Part shown: positions 19,475 to 36,647 of the stretch, one piece after another
Layout of the letters: every line of letters begins with the position of its first letter
How positions within the stretch are numbered: the first letter of the stretch is position 1
Origin: Dehalococcoidia bacterium
GTDB lineage: Bacteria > Chloroflexota > Dehalococcoidia > GIF9 > AB-539-J10
DNA: 64,000 nt
Direction: 5' to 3'
Assembly: GCA_009619075.1 (NCBI GenBank)
Contig: WJOY01000012.1
Location: 8,507 to 72,506, forward strand
The notes under the pieces: model-generated
The model's input: the letters and a program-made list of their open reading frames with translations, nothing else
Database searches by the model: none
Told to the model about the DNA's origin: nothing
Program-made: the position numbers and the translations under genes

Positions 19475-20290
19475 CTACTCAGCTTGAGGATAAGAGCCTA
19501 GAACTTTGACAAAGGTGGTTACCTGTTCAAGCTCTTTTATAGCCTCTTGATAAACTTCACTATCTATGTGCCCTTCAAAATCGGTATAAAAAACATACTC
19601 CCATGGTTTGCTTTTACTTGGCCTGGACTCTAATTTCGTCAGATTTATATTCCTAATGGCGAATATGCCCAGGACTTTATATAGGGCACCAGGCACATTT
19701 TCCGTGGCAACGACGAGAGAGGTCTTGTTTTTTAATGCTGGCTTAGTTTTCTCCCTTGAGATAGCAAAAAACCTGGTGTAATTATTAACATTAGTTTCAA
19801 TTTCGGGTGCCAAGATCTCTAAAACATAAATATTAGCCGCTCTCTTACTAGCTATAGCAGCACATCCCTTCAGTTCTCTCTCCTTTATCATTTTGGCGCT
19901 GCCGGCAGTATCATAACTAGGCACAACTTCGACCTTCAATTTGGTTAGAAATTCCCCACATTGAGCCAAAGCTTGGGGATGAGAGTAAATCGTTCTTATA
20001 CTAGTCAGATTTTCCCCAGGCAAAGCCATTAGGCAGTGGCTTACTCTGAGAATGACCTCAGCAAATATATTAAGAGGATATGCTAGTAACAAATCATAGG
20101 TCTCAGCTAATGTACCAGCTTGAGAGTTCTCCACAGGGACTACGCCAAAATCAACGCTGACTTCCAACACAGCCTGGAAAACGTCTCGGAGGTGGATACA
20201 AGGCAAAAAATCGATGCCCTCACCAAAAAGCTTCACCGCAGCATCCTCACTAAAAGCACCCCTTTCTCCCTGAAAAGCAACCTTAATCAT
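19475..20290 (-). CDS. pheA: Prephenate dehydratase (PDT domain plus C-terminal ACT domain)
   Basis: 271 aa with PDT motifs (FQGERGAFSE...TRF) and an ACT-like C-terminus. Confidence 0.8.
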   Translation of the reverse strand: MIKVAFQGERGAFSEDAAVKLFGEGIDFLPCIHLRDVFQAVLEVSVDFGVVPVENSQAGTLAETYDLLLAYPLNIFAEVILRVSHCLMALPGENLTSIRTIYSHPQALAQCGEFLTKLKVEVVPSYDTAGSAKMIKERELKGCAAIASKRAANIYVLEILAPEIETNVNNYTRFFAISREKTKPALKNKTSLVVATENVPGALYKVLGIFAIRNINLTKLESRPSKSKPWEYVFYTDFEGHIDSEVYQEAIKELEQVTTFVKVLGSYPQAE

Positions 20291-20336
20291 TGTTCCACTA
20301 AGTATAGCTTGGTTGTTTCCGCTTTTCCATTATAAA

Positions 20337-21758
20337 TTATCTTTGCCAGAAGCGGGGCAAAAATATCATCAAAACTGTAAATAACTCCAACCTCCCCAAC
20401 CACATACAGATAATTAAAAGGATCTTCCCCGCCCCAGGAAGCCAAGCATAATTTAAAGCTGGACCCACCCCACCCAAGCCAGGTCCTACATTCCCTAAAG
20501 TAGCTGCCACCGCTGAGAGCGATGTCTCCAAATCAAGCCCTAAGAAACCAAGCGTTATGGAAGCGACAACTGCCACAAGGAGGTAGAGAAAAAAGAAGGA
20601 GATTATATCTCGGATTATTCCCTCTGAGAGAGGTTTTTGGTTATATTTCACCGGAATCACAGCTTTGGGAGAAATAGCCTTTCTCATCATCACCCAGCTA
20701 TGTTTCAGCAAGGTCAAAGTTCGCACCACCTTTATTGCTCCACCGGTAGAACCACCACAGCCTCCAATGAACATCAAAGCTAAAAGCACCATTCTGGCGC
20801 CAAAGTGCCAGGAGCCAAAATCGCAGGTGACAAAGCCGGTAGTAGTCATGATCGAGATTGCCTGAAAGAGACTGTCCCGATATGAGCCAAGTCCTTGAGA
20901 GAGGATTAACAGTAGCGCAGCTACCATCAAAAGAATTAAGTAAAGCCTGAATTCCTCATTTTTAAATATTTTGAGGTTTCCCCTTAAAACGTGGTAATGG
21001 ACAAGAAAATTTGCGCCAGCTAGGAACATAAAGACCATGATGATATATTCAGCTGAGGGATTAGCATAAGCTCCAATGCTTCCAGTAGTGGGGGTAAATC
21101 CACCAGTAGGGAGAGTGCAGAGAGAGACACAAATTGAGTCAAAGAGGTGAAGCTTAGCCAGGAAATAGAGTAGCGCTATCTCAGCAGCGGTGAAAGCGAC
21201 ATAAATCGTCCAAAGAATCCTTGCCGTGGTTTTAATTCTGGGACGGAGCCTTTCAGGCAAAGGACCAGGAAATTCTCGTTCAAAGAGCTGAGAGCCTCCT
21301 ACTCCTAGTCTGGGTAAAATAGCAATAAAAAGAGCTATTACCCCCATCCCACCCAACCATTGAGTAAGGCTACGCCATAAGAGCATACTTCTAGGTAGTT
21401 CTTCTATCTCCTCAAGGATAGTAGCACCGGTGGTAGTAAAGCCTGACATGGCTTCAAAAAAGGCATTGAGGAAATTCCATCCCAGAAAGATATACGGGAC
21501 GGCGCCAAGGAGGGGCATAAGAAGCCAGGTGAAAGCCACTATGGTAAAACCATCGGCACGCTCTATTTCCTTGTCGGTTTTAAGTCCAAATTCAAGAAAT
21601 AGCCCGATAGCTAAAGTAAGCGATAGCGAATATAAAAAAATCCGCCAATCCTCGCCATAATAAACAGCGACTAATAAGGGAAAAACTTGGATTAAAGCGA
21701 GGTATTTTAGAAATGAACCAAGGATATGGAGGGTTAACCTTAGCCTTTGGTGAACCAT
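20337..21758 (-). CDS. trkH: TrkH-family potassium uptake protein
   Basis: 473 aa polytopic membrane protein with TrkH/KtrB-like repeats (GFTTTGATIL, TTTGF). Confidence 0.8.
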   Translation of the reverse strand: MVHQRLRLTLHILGSFLKYLALIQVFPLLVAVYYGEDWRIFLYSLSLTLAIGLFLEFGLKTDKEIERADGFTIVAFTWLLMPLLGAVPYIFLGWNFLNAFFEAMSGFTTTGATILEEIEELPRSMLLWRSLTQWLGGMGVIALFIAILPRLGVGGSQLFEREFPGPLPERLRPRIKTTARILWTIYVAFTAAEIALLYFLAKLHLFDSICVSLCTLPTGGFTPTTGSIGAYANPSAEYIIMVFMFLAGANFLVHYHVLRGNLKIFKNEEFRLYLILLMVAALLLILSQGLGSYRDSLFQAISIMTTTGFVTCDFGSWHFGARMVLLALMFIGGCGGSTGGAIKVVRTLTLLKHSWVMMRKAISPKAVIPVKYNQKPLSEGIIRDIISFFFLYLLVAVVASITLGFLGLDLETSLSAVAATLGNVGPGLGGVGPALNYAWLPGAGKILLIICMWLGRLELFTVLMIFLPRFWQR

Positions 21759-22396
21759 CTATTCATAAAATCGACTCCCTTTTTGGTAGATTTCCAATCT
21801 ACAATGAGAGTCAGCCAATCTTTGGGCTCCATCTTAGTATCTTCATCCAAATATTTTCCCGCTCGCTCCAGCACAAGTATTTTCATACCATTTGGAGTCC
21901 CTGTTTCGGAGGCTTTCTTGCCCACACACTTCATGCCTTCCTCAACCTCTATTTCGAAGATCTCAGCCCTTTCAAAAGAGAGAAAATCCTTCACATAGGG
22001 CTGCAAAATCGTGCGATAAATATGCTTGGCTACCACAGCATGGGGCTTAACCTGGAAGCCAATCCCAGCTTGCTTAAAAGTTTCTACATGCACTGCGTCA
22101 TTCACTAGAGAAATCACTTTCCTTGCTCCCATTTCTTTGGCTAACATACAAATCATTAAATTATCTGAGTCATCATTAGTTAAGGCAACCAAAGCGTCTG
22201 CTCTCTTGACCCTCGCCTCCTCCAGAACTGACTTGTTAGTAGCATCCCCGGTTATCACCATCACGTCAGAGGATGTTGCCATTTCAGTGCACCTTGCCTC
22301 ATCTGAGTCTACAACCACCACCTCATTCCCTTCTTTAACAAGAAGCTCAGCAAGGCTTTTCCCTATGCCGCTTAAGCCGGCTATTATAAGATACAT
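21740..22396 (-). CDS. trkA: TrkA potassium uptake protein, NAD-binding (RCK_N plus RCK_C)
   Basis: MYLIIAGLSGIGKSLAELL Rossmann motif. The start is taken at the internal ATG with a GGAGG ribosome-binding site. Overlaps the trkH start. Confidence 0.8.
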   Translation of the reverse strand: MYLIIAGLSGIGKSLAELLVKEGNEVVVVDSDEARCTEMATSSDVMVITGDATNKSVLEEARVKRADALVALTNDDSDNLMICMLAKEMGARKVISLVNDAVHVETFKQAGIGFQVKPHAVVAKHIYRTILQPYVKDFLSFERAEIFEIEVEEGMKCVGKKASETGTPNGMKILVLERAGKYLDEDTKMEPKDWLTLIVDWKSTKKGVDFMNRWFTKG

Positions 22397-22546
22397 TTCG
22401 TTACCTCCGTCACAAAATTTTGGCTCATCCCTTCGAAGGATGAGCTTTAGCTCGAGGACGGCGAGCAAATTTATCGCCAGGTTTGGAATGCCAATTCGTA
22501 TCCAAAATTAATCCATCCCATAATTAATTTCACTTGCTGGGCGATT

Positions 22547-23335
22547 TTAATTCCTCCCACAATTGTTGTCAACTATTGACTCTTTCCTTAACTCCCGTAG
22601 CCAAGCTATCGATTTAACTTCTCGCTGCAAAAGATATTTTATATACCCCGGCATCACTTGTTCTAACTCTGACCTCAACTCTGATCTTACTTTCACCCGC
22701 CTTGCCGTGGCATAATCAAAACTTTGCCACAAACGAAGAATTTTCAAAGCACCAACCGATAGAGGACGTGAATCAGGCTCTTTTTGACCACAATGGGAAC
22801 ACAGAATGCCACCCTGGCTAGAACTGAAAAAGTTAACCACTGGTTTGATAGGTGAATTACAACCAACGCATCGGTGCAACTGAGGACGATAGCCAAGATA
22901 ATCAAGAAGATGAAGTTCAAAATAACGTAACACAGTTTCACTATCGTCTCCTTGACACAGTCGCTGTAAGGTATCAAGTAGTAAATCAAACAAGGGGTGA
23001 TTCCCACTATTCTCTAAAGTAAAGGAATCAATGAGTTCTAAGACGTAAAGGCCACAAGCCATGCGCCATAAATCACTTTTCAAAACTAGAAAACCATCAA
23101 TGGTTTGGCTTTGGGTAACGATGTCTAGGTTACGTCCCCGGGCTAACATCAGCAAGCTGTGAGTCAAAAGTTCCACATTGCCACCCAACTTGCTTCCCGG
23201 GCGGCAAACCCCCTTAGCTACCGCCTTCAGCTTGCCAAACTCGGGGGTATAAATAGTAAGAATTTTGTCAACTTCTCCAAGCTTGGTTTGTTTGATAATG
23301 ATAGCTTGAGTTTGATAACTTCGAGGTGCTCCCAT
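22547..23335 (-). CDS. recO: DNA repair protein RecO
   Basis: 262 aa with an N-terminal OB-fold region and a C4 zinc motif (CVGCN...CSHCG). Confidence 0.8.
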   Translation of the reverse strand: MGAPRSYQTQAIIIKQTKLGEVDKILTIYTPEFGKLKAVAKGVCRPGSKLGGNVELLTHSLLMLARGRNLDIVTQSQTIDGFLVLKSDLWRMACGLYVLELIDSFTLENSGNHPLFDLLLDTLQRLCQGDDSETVLRYFELHLLDYLGYRPQLHRCVGCNSPIKPVVNFFSSSQGGILCSHCGQKEPDSRPLSVGALKILRLWQSFDYATARRVKVRSELRSELEQVMPGYIKYLLQREVKSIAWLRELRKESIVDNNCGRN

Positions 23336-23345
23336 CCATACCCTT

Positions 23346-23945
23346 TTAGAATTCCTGTCTGTCTTCCAAGGCTTGACTCAGGGTCATGTCATCAGCGTAT
23401 TCTAGATCAGCACCAAATGGCAAGCCACGAGCTAAACGGGTAATGCGAATGCCTAAAGGCAGGATCATGCGCCGAAGATACATAGCAGTGGTTTCACCCT
23501 CTAGATTAGGATTGGTTGCCAAGATCACTTCAGTTACCGAACCATCCTGAAGACGGGATAAAAACTCTTTTGCCTTTAGCTCCCCAGGTCCTATTCCCTG
23601 CGCTGGGCTAATGGGCCCATGGAGCACGTGGTAAACACCATTATACTTCCCAGTTCGCTCCAAAGGAGGAATATCTGAAGGTCTCTCAACAACACAAATT
23701 TTAGAATGGTCACGCTCTCTATCCTGGCAAATGCGGCAAGGGTCACAATCAGTGATATAAAAACAAACTGAACACAGCCTTGTCTTTTCCTTCAGAGCCA
23801 AAATAGCTTCAGCTAAAGCTTTGGCTTCTTCCCCTGGCCGGCTCAATAAATAATAAGTTAATCTCTGTGCACTCTTGGGCCCAATCCCAGGTAGTTTATT
23901 AAATGCCTCAACTAGCTTAGTTACAGGCTCAGCAGTGGTTACCAT
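23346..23945 (-). CDS. recR: Recombination protein RecR
   Basis: 199 aa with an HhH (PGIGPKSAQRL), a C4 zinc finger (CSVC...CDPC) and a Toprim domain. Confidence 0.9.
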   Translation of the reverse strand: MVTTAEPVTKLVEAFNKLPGIGPKSAQRLTYYLLSRPGEEAKALAEAILALKEKTRLCSVCFYITDCDPCRICQDRERDHSKICVVERPSDIPPLERTGKYNGVYHVLHGPISPAQGIGPGELKAKEFLSRLQDGSVTEVILATNPNLEGETTAMYLRRMILPLGIRITRLARGLPFGADLEYADDMTLSQALEDRQEF

Positions 23946-23947
23946 TT

Positions 23948-25531
23948 TTATTCCTCTCTTATTTCAGCTCCCATTTCCAGCGCAGCCTTAATCAAAGGAT
24001 TTTGCTCCTTCTCTTGAGGTGGGATTTTCCTTTTGTAGTCAACTAAGATACACTTCAGCTTGTAAGGCTGACCAAAAACCTCTTTAAGCTTTCTCTCCAC
24101 CAGATGTTGATATTTGGGGTCTTCGATCTTCTCTTTATGGAAAGAATAGTAAAACCCTAATACTAAAGTATCATCCTCCAGAGCTACTGGCTCACAGGCA
24201 CTACGCAAAAAGGCATCCAAATTGCCGCTGGAGCCCTCCCCCCGCAAAGACTGAATGAATTCCTTCCACCGACTACGCAAGTAGTCAATATCTTGAGAAA
24301 CCTCTGTGCTTGCCCCGTGAGATAGTAAATATCTCACGGGGCTTGAAGTCTCAATATTGTTTGCCACTACAGGAAATTCAGCTTCTTGAGTGGGCTGGAT
24401 TGACTCCCGAGACGTCTCTGGAAGTTCCGTCATTGTTGACTCATCTCGTCCAGTCACCAGAGATAAGGCACAGTCCATTAAAGCTAACTCTAAAGGCAAA
24501 GTGGAATAATTATCACTGCGAAAATCTACACTGGAGAAAAGTTTGACCGCCTTGAGTAGATATTCAAAAGTGGCATTAGCCGCAAGCCCATTCATCTCAG
24601 CTAAATCTTCCGCAGTAACATCCAAAGCCTCATTACATTGGGACTTAGCCAGCAACAACCCTCGGAGATATTCCACTAGCCCCAGATTAAACTGGCGAAG
24701 GTCAACGCCATCGCTATTGACGCTATTTATAACTTGAAGACCAGCAGAAACATCCTTATTGACAATATGCTTTGCCAGTTGCCTAACCCGAGGGTCACTG
24801 CTGACACCAAGCGCTGTCTGAACTTGTTCCAAATCAATTTGATTGCCATGGTAAGCAATTAGCTGCTGCAATATATTTTCCGCGTCTCGGAGACTTCCTG
24901 TAGCTGCCCGAGCAATAAGCTTCAAGGATTCAACTCCAATATGAATACCCTCTTTTTGACATATTAACTCCAGCTTACCGATTATCGCTGTTTGGGACAG
25001 GCGACGAAAGTTAAAGCGCTGACACCTCGACATAATAGTAGGTATCACCTTGTGAGGTTCTGTAGTAGCCAAGACGAAAATGACATGAGGAGGTGGTTCC
25101 TCTAAAGTCTTAAGCAAGGCATTGGAAGCCGCCTCAGTAAGCATATGGACTTCATCTATAATATATACCTTATAGCGAGCACGGCTGGGGGCATAGTTAA
25201 CCTTTTCCCTGAGGCTACGAACTTCATCAATACCACGATTACTAGCAGCATCTATCTCTATTACGTCTAAAGCTTTGCCTTCAGTGATTGAGTGACATAT
25301 ATCGCAAGCATCACATGGCTCACCATCTACCTGATTAAGGCAGTTAACCGCTTTAGCTAGGATACGCCCGGTGCTAGTCTTCCCCGTGCCTCGAGGACCA
25401 CAAAAAAGATAAGCATGAGCTACTTTCCCATTCTCCACAGCATGGCGTAAAGTTTGAGTCACCGGCTCCTGCCCCACCACCTCAGCTAAGGTTTGCGGAC
25501 GCCACTTACGATAAAAAACCTCCGAGCCCAT
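23948..25531 (-). CDS. dnaX: DNA polymerase III subunit gamma/tau
   Basis: Walker A GPRGTGKTS, a zinc module (CNQVDGEPCDACDIC) and an SRC motif, 527 aa. No ybaB lies between dnaX and recR. Confidence 0.9.
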   Translation of the reverse strand: MGSEVFYRKWRPQTLAEVVGQEPVTQTLRHAVENGKVAHAYLFCGPRGTGKTSTGRILAKAVNCLNQVDGEPCDACDICHSITEGKALDVIEIDAASNRGIDEVRSLREKVNYAPSRARYKVYIIDEVHMLTEAASNALLKTLEEPPPHVIFVLATTEPHKVIPTIMSRCQRFNFRRLSQTAIIGKLELICQKEGIHIGVESLKLIARAATGSLRDAENILQQLIAYHGNQIDLEQVQTALGVSSDPRVRQLAKHIVNKDVSAGLQVINSVNSDGVDLRQFNLGLVEYLRGLLLAKSQCNEALDVTAEDLAEMNGLAANATFEYLLKAVKLFSSVDFRSDNYSTLPLELALMDCALSLVTGRDESTMTELPETSRESIQPTQEAEFPVVANNIETSSPVRYLLSHGASTEVSQDIDYLRSRWKEFIQSLRGEGSSGNLDAFLRSACEPVALEDDTLVLGFYYSFHKEKIEDPKYQHLVERKLKEVFGQPYKLKCILVDYKRKIPPQEKEQNPLIKAALEMGAEIREE

Positions 25532-25585
25532 ATGCTAACCTTATTATACTCCTCACCGCCTAATGAAGGAAGATTTTTAACAAAA

Positions 25586-26428
25586 TTACTGACTTGAGCC
25601 ACTTTCTATGATGGAAATTGTTTTATTGTAATCCTCTTCCATGTCCTCAATAGCCTGCTGTAAAACTGGTTTTAGCTCTTCAGGGGCTTTGTCTAAGGCA
25701 TTCCTTAATGCAGCTAAGCTCTTTGCCCGGCTTTGGCTTAGCACTATCTCCAGTTCCTCAGCATCTTTTCCTTTACTATAAGCTTCAGCTCCACCGGGTA
25801 GGGCTGGAGTCAGAGTGGGAGCCGATGCTCTTGGCCCTTTTTCCTCGACTTCGACTTCCGGCGTTTTCTCCATCACATACACCTTGTCCAAATGATTGGC
25901 AACTTGCTCGGTTAGCATAAAAATCTCATCGGATTTGCCCTGGCACGCCATCTCAACCATCTCACCTGCTCTACACTCAGCAAATTGGATATGAAGCTTT
26001 GCCTTGTCTATATCAGAAAAAGCTAATGCCACCTTCACCTGCTCCCCAGCTAACTTGACAGGATAAAGAGACCCATCGGGCAAAGCATATGCTGAAGCAG
26101 CAAGTGTTCCCACACCAATAAGCAGAAACCCTAGAATAGCAGCCATAGCCAAAGCCCACCTCCTCTGCCAAATAGGAATCCTTGCTCTCCTTTCCTCTTT
26201 CTTCTGTTTGGCATAAAGCATTGCTTGAAGCTGAGAATGAACTCTTGCCTTAAACTCAGGGTCGGGTTGAATAGCAGAGGACCGTTGCATAAAAACAAGG
26301 CTAACTTTGAGTAAAGGCTCTAGTTCAGGGGCTTGCTTAGGATAAGCCTTGAGGCAATCCTCAATGCTTTCACTCTTAAATATGCGCTCCAAACAATTGT
26401 CAAGAATATCTTCTATCTTTCGAGTCAT
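25586..26428 (-). CDS. Putative anti-sigma factor (single-pass membrane protein) cognate to the upstream ECF sigma
   Basis: 280 aa with one TM helix ([24 protein letters not shown]). Lies immediately downstream of the ECF sigma gene in the same orientation. Confidence 0.45.
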   Translation of the reverse strand: MTRKIEDILDNCLERIFKSESIEDCLKAYPKQAPELEPLLKVSLVFMQRSSAIQPDPEFKARVHSQLQAMLYAKQKKEERRARIPIWQRRWALAMAAILGFLLIGVGTLAASAYALPDGSLYPVKLAGEQVKVALAFSDIDKAKLHIQFAECRAGEMVEMACQGKSDEIFMLTEQVANHLDKVYVMEKTPEVEVEEKGPRASAPTLTPALPGGAEAYSKGKDAEELEIVLSQSRAKSLAALRNALDKAPEELKPVLQQAIEDMEEDYNKTISIIESGSSQ

Positions 26429-26430
26429 CT

Positions 26431-26970
26431 CTACCTATCACCCAACATTAATTTCCTTAATGCCACTATGCCATTATATTGCAAAGCCTTTACCGTGCCT
26501 TCGTTTTTCCCCAAAACTTTAGCTGCCTCTGCGACTGAAAGCTCACTTCCAAAACGGAGTGAGATTACCTCCCGCTGCGCCGGAGATAATTTCTTTACAT
26601 TGTTAATCAATTCCTCAATTTCAAGCTCCCGTTCAGCCATAAGCGCTGGATTTGACCCACTAACTAAGGTTATATCGTCCTCCAAAGCTACCTTTCCCAC
26701 TCTACCTTGCTTTCTTAAATAATCTATTACCTGATTATGGGCAATGCGAAATAGCCAAGCCACGAAAGGTAAATTCCGCCACTTGTAAGAGCCAATCGCC
26801 TCCAAAGCTTTAACAAATACCTCCTGAGTTAAATCCTCAGCTTCGGCTTGATTCCCCACTTTGAGGTAAACATAGCGATAAATCCTATCGAAATGTTCCT
26901 CGTAAAGTTGAGCAAAGGCTCCTCCATCGCCCTTTACTGCTCGGGAAACTACATCCTTCTCAATAGACAT
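26431..26970 (-). CDS. ECF-type RNA polymerase sigma factor (sigma-70 family, regions 2 and 4)
   Basis: 179 aa. Region 2 ([26 protein letters not shown]) and region 4 HTH ([35 protein letters not shown]). Confidence 0.8.
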   Translation of the reverse strand: MSIEKDVVSRAVKGDGGAFAQLYEEHFDRIYRYVYLKVGNQAEAEDLTQEVFVKALEAIGSYKWRNLPFVAWLFRIAHNQVIDYLRKQGRVGKVALEDDITLVSGSNPALMAERELEIEELINNVKKLSPAQREVISLRFGSELSVAEAAKVLGKNEGTVKALQYNGIVALRKLMLGDR

Positions 26971-27300
26971 CAGATTGATGTCTATTATATATGAAAACGA
27001 AAAGAGAGAGAAAAAGTTTATAGTGGGCGCAGAAACCTTAAGCCATCGACTTCACACTAAAGAAAGTTCAAAATTTAGATAAAGCAGGGAAGGTCTGCCA
27101 ATGAGCAAAGTAAAGCAGATCTTCAATAATGCAGCTTGATTCGTAAAGAAGCGCTGGCAGAGCTTGAGCTCCTCTATGGCGACTACTTCTATTCCGGAAC
27201 TCTAGAGCCCAGAGACCAAACAGAACGAAAGATTAGAGAAACAAGCCTCTATATTAACGACGCTAAGAAGCTGGCTGGAGTTCAAAAAGGGCAACGAAGC

Positions 27301-27723
27301 CTAAGAAGCTTTGCTAGCCTGCCTCTCAGCCCAGTTACCCACCCAGGGCAGTTTCCACATCTTGCCAGTCCCCGCTTGAATCATCAAGACAATCCATAAA
27401 ACAAGGCCCAGAATTCCAATAATCCAGTCAAAAACCAAACCAATGATGGGAATCCAGCCCAAGACCAAGCTTGCTACGGTCAATACGCCAAAGGTCATGA
27501 TGGATTGCCAGGCGTGGAATTTGACGAACTTGTTCCTTTTTTCAATCACCAGGAAAACTATTCCTGAAATCCAACCGAGAACATAACACAGAAGCCCTGC
27601 TACGTTAGCTGACAGCCCTACGCTGGTTTCCGAGGGCTTAGCAGAAACACCAAGCTCGGCACCACACTTAGAGCAAAACTTAGCCCCCTCGGGATTTTCA
27701 GCGCCACATTTGGGACAAAACAT
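27301..27723 (-). CDS. Zinc-ribbon plus DUF4870-like membrane protein
   Basis: N-terminal CPKCG...CSKCG zinc ribbon followed by three TM helices, 140 aa. Confidence 0.5.
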   Translation of the reverse strand: MFCPKCGAENPEGAKFCSKCGAELGVSAKPSETSVGLSANVAGLLCYVLGWISGIVFLVIEKRNKFVKFHAWQSIMTFGVLTVASLVLGWIPIIGLVFDWIIGILGLVLWIVLMIQAGTGKMWKLPWVGNWAERQASKAS

Positions 27724-27773
27724 ATCTCACCTCCTATATCCAATTTAGTCCATATCACAGTTTTGCCAATACA

Positions 27774-31643
<3,870 letters not shown>

Positions 31644-31691
31644 TTTTCAACTCACAAATTATACCATACTATCAACTAGAGCCTTGATTCG

Positions 31692-32276
31692 CTAATTGAA
31701 CCTGCTCATCGCCACTTCCATCCCTTGATTAAGGAAACAATCAATAGCTTCAGCTACACTAGCAATTACTGACTTGATTAGTTCTTCCTCTTGAGGAGTA
31801 AAGTCGCTGAGCACATAACTGACTATAACATCTTCACCAGTATTAGATAATCCCCCTACTTGAGGACGTCCAATACCAACTCTGATTCGAGGAAAATCCT
31901 CGTTTTTCAGGACAGAAATGATAGATTCCATCCCCTTATGCCCACCCGAACCACCACCGGGACGCAGACGAATCTTGCCCAGAGGCAAATCGAGGTCATC
32001 ATGAATTACTAAAAGGTCACCTAGAGGAACATTATGCTTACTCACCAAGCGACTTACTGCTTTGCCGCTGAGGTTAACGAATGTTCTTGGCTTGGCAAGC
32101 AGTAGTTTCTCGCCTCCTAATTCGCCGGTGCCTACCCTAGCCTGGCACTGCCTGCGGTCAAAACGAATAGAATGAAGCTTGGCAAAATAATTCAAGCAGC
32201 GAAAGCCAACGTTATGACGATTACGCGCATAAGCCTTACCAGGATTGCCCAAGCCAACAACGAGTTTCATTAGCAC
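31692..32276 (-). CDS. pth: Peptidyl-tRNA hydrolase
   Basis: MKLVVGLGNPGKAYARNRHNVGF and HDDLDLPLGKIRLR. Confidence 0.9.
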   Translation of the reverse strand: MLMKLVVGLGNPGKAYARNRHNVGFRCLNYFAKLHSIRFDRRQCQARVGTGELGGEKLLLAKPRTFVNLSGKAVSRLVSKHNVPLGDLLVIHDDLDLPLGKIRLRPGGGSGGHKGMESIISVLKNEDFPRIRVGIGRPQVGGLSNTGEDVIVSYVLSDFTPQEEELIKSVIASVAEAIDCFLNQGMEVAMSRFN

Positions 32277-32341
32277 CGGTCTTACTTCATGATATATTAT
32301 AGACTAAAAGAAGATATGTTTTACTCTTATTGGGAAAATAG

Positions 32342-34884
<2,543 letters not shown>

Positions 34885-34966
34885 CTAAAATAGGCAGACA
34901 GAAATGCCGTTTACCGAACGCAGACCTGAAAAGCAAACTACAGGCATTGCCAAGGAAAGTTTTTAG

Positions 34967-35689
34967 TTAATTCTTTTGCCCGAACGGGCAGATATAAATA
35001 CACATACCACAGGCGCGTGCACCAATGGTCTGCTCTTGGTCACTAACATAGCGGTCGCATGCTTCAGCAGCAAATATCTCGCTCCTTGGTCGGGGCCTAT
35101 CAAAAGCCTGTCCAGTAAAAGCATGCACGGGACAAGCTTCCACGCATACGCGGCAGTCTTGGCACATCTCATCCATAGGCATTCCAGCTTCCAACGGAGC
35201 ATCCGTGAGCACGGTACCCCACCTCACGCGGGGACCATGTTTTGGCGTAATGAGCAAAGCGCTCTTGCCAATCCATCCCAGTCCGGCTAAATGAGCTGCT
35301 AATTTGTGGGAGAACACACCAGCAAGTCTAGTTTTACCCACCCTTTGAGAAGATGGGACAATGAAAGCTTGAAAACCGGCTTTATCCAGGGATTGGGCTA
35401 ACATCAAAGAAATCGAGTCTATGCGGGGATTTACAATTTGATGCGCGTGATACCAATAGGTATGTATGGCAGCAGCATCGCTATGATATCTCAGCGCATT
35501 TACAATGCTATCCATAAGAACGAAACCATGAGAAACAGCTCGCGGAAACTGAGCTAGAAATTCTCCGCCTTGCTCTGAAATACACTGCCTGGCAGGAGTA
35601 AGGTCAGCTATGCCGAAGTAAGTTGCCCCCACATTCTTGGCCAAAGATTCTAGCTTGCCTCCAAGATTTACCTTATCCCTATCTTTCAT
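34967..35689 (-). CDS. QueG-like (epoxyqueuosine reductase family) 4Fe-4S protein, short form
   Basis: GLGWIGKSALLITPKHGPRVRWGTVLTD core, plus two Cys clusters (CQDCRVCVEACP, CGMCIYICP). About 240 aa, shorter than canonical QueG. Confidence 0.5.
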   Translation of the reverse strand: MKDRDKVNLGGKLESLAKNVGATYFGIADLTPARQCISEQGGEFLAQFPRAVSHGFVLMDSIVNALRYHSDAAAIHTYWYHAHQIVNPRIDSISLMLAQSLDKAGFQAFIVPSSQRVGKTRLAGVFSHKLAAHLAGLGWIGKSALLITPKHGPRVRWGTVLTDAPLEAGMPMDEMCQDCRVCVEACPVHAFTGQAFDRPRPRSEIFAAEACDRYVSDQEQTIGARACGMCIYICPFGQKN

Positions 35690-35790
35690 AGCTAACTCCT
35701 ATCTATCTATAAGTATAGCACAGCAAAGCTTCCCAACCTCAATTTTACTCTCAACCGATACCGAAACTACTAACTCTGAGAGCGTTTCTT

Positions 35791-35855
35791 TTGTCACCCT
35801 GAGCGATAGCGAAGGGTCTAGATTCTTCGCTTTGCTCAGAATGACAGGAGGGGGG
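35791..35855. repeat. Dispersed-repeat copy
   Basis: TGTCACCCTGAGCGATAGCGAAGGGTCTAGATTCTTCGCTTTGCTCAGAATGACAGG. Confidence 0.55.
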
Positions 35856-35971
35856 TGCTAAACGACCTCCTAACTCCACGATATTTGCTATAATCAGAGC
35901 AGGTACATAGAAATGGCTTTCCTCTACTTCATCTAATCAGATGTTAGCCGCAATATGCAGGAGGTTTTAAA

Positions 35972-36640
35972 ATGAAATTCCTTCTATTCTCAAAAATACC
36001 ATTCGAAGTTTTTGACCCCGTTGCTTTAATTGAGTCCTACTGTTTCCAAAGCGATTTTTATGAGAACTACGACCTTCTGCTTTTGAAAGGTAAAAGGAAA
36101 GTTGAGGATGCAAATAAAATAGGCGCACGTATAGGGGAAGAGGTACTTCCAGAATGCAAGATTGTAACTGAAGGCGCAACGGATTTGCGCATATTTCAAT
36201 ATGATAATAAATATGGCCTCGATAGTTTTTTGGAACTGGATGATGAAGCTATTAATGATTATGTTAATGAACTCAATGAGAGGGTTATTAAGAAACTGTT
36301 GAAAATCAAAACAATCGGGTTGTCAAAAGCTACGAAGGTTCTACATACACTTTATCCAGAGATCATTCCAATACTTGATAATGCACTTCAGGAAGAATAT
36401 TGTAAGGAAATCAATCCTCACTGGACGGAAGAGCAATCCAATCGAATCTTCATTGATTATTATAAGAATCTAGGCGAGGGCGATAATATGCAAAATCTAA
36501 CTCTGATTTTGAAAACCATTTCTGGAAATAACCTTGTATGCCTAACAAAGGTGATGATTTTTGACATTCTCTGGTGGTCATATCTAAAAGCTAAGAAACT
36601 AAGCCAAGAAAAGAAGATTAATTGGTCTACGATAAAATAA
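35972..36640 (+). CDS. Hypothetical protein in an AT-rich islet; paralog of the 62989..63606 protein (shared G-[LV]-S-x-[AT]-TK-[VF]-LH-x-x-[YF]-P-x-I-[IF]-P-[IM]-[IL]-D motif)
   Basis: 222 aa in an AT-rich ORF. LSKATKVLHTLYPEIIPILD versus VSVTKFLHFSFPHIFPMIDL in the second copy. Confidence 0.4.
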   Translation: MKFLLFSKIPFEVFDPVALIESYCFQSDFYENYDLLLLKGKRKVEDANKIGARIGEEVLPECKIVTEGATDLRIFQYDNKYGLDSFLELDDEAINDYVNELNERVIKKLLKIKTIGLSKATKVLHTLYPEIIPILDNALQEEYCKEINPHWTEEQSNRIFIDYYKNLGEGDNMQNLTLILKTISGNNLVCLTKVMIFDILWWSYLKAKKLSQEKKINWSTIK

Positions 36641-36647
36641 TGAAACT

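Noticed and set aside
27136-27399. ORF 27136..27399(+), 87 aa
   Set aside because: It overlaps the 3' end of the zinc-ribbon membrane protein gene on the opposite strand and lies in the promoter region of the ECF sigma operon. No support was found.
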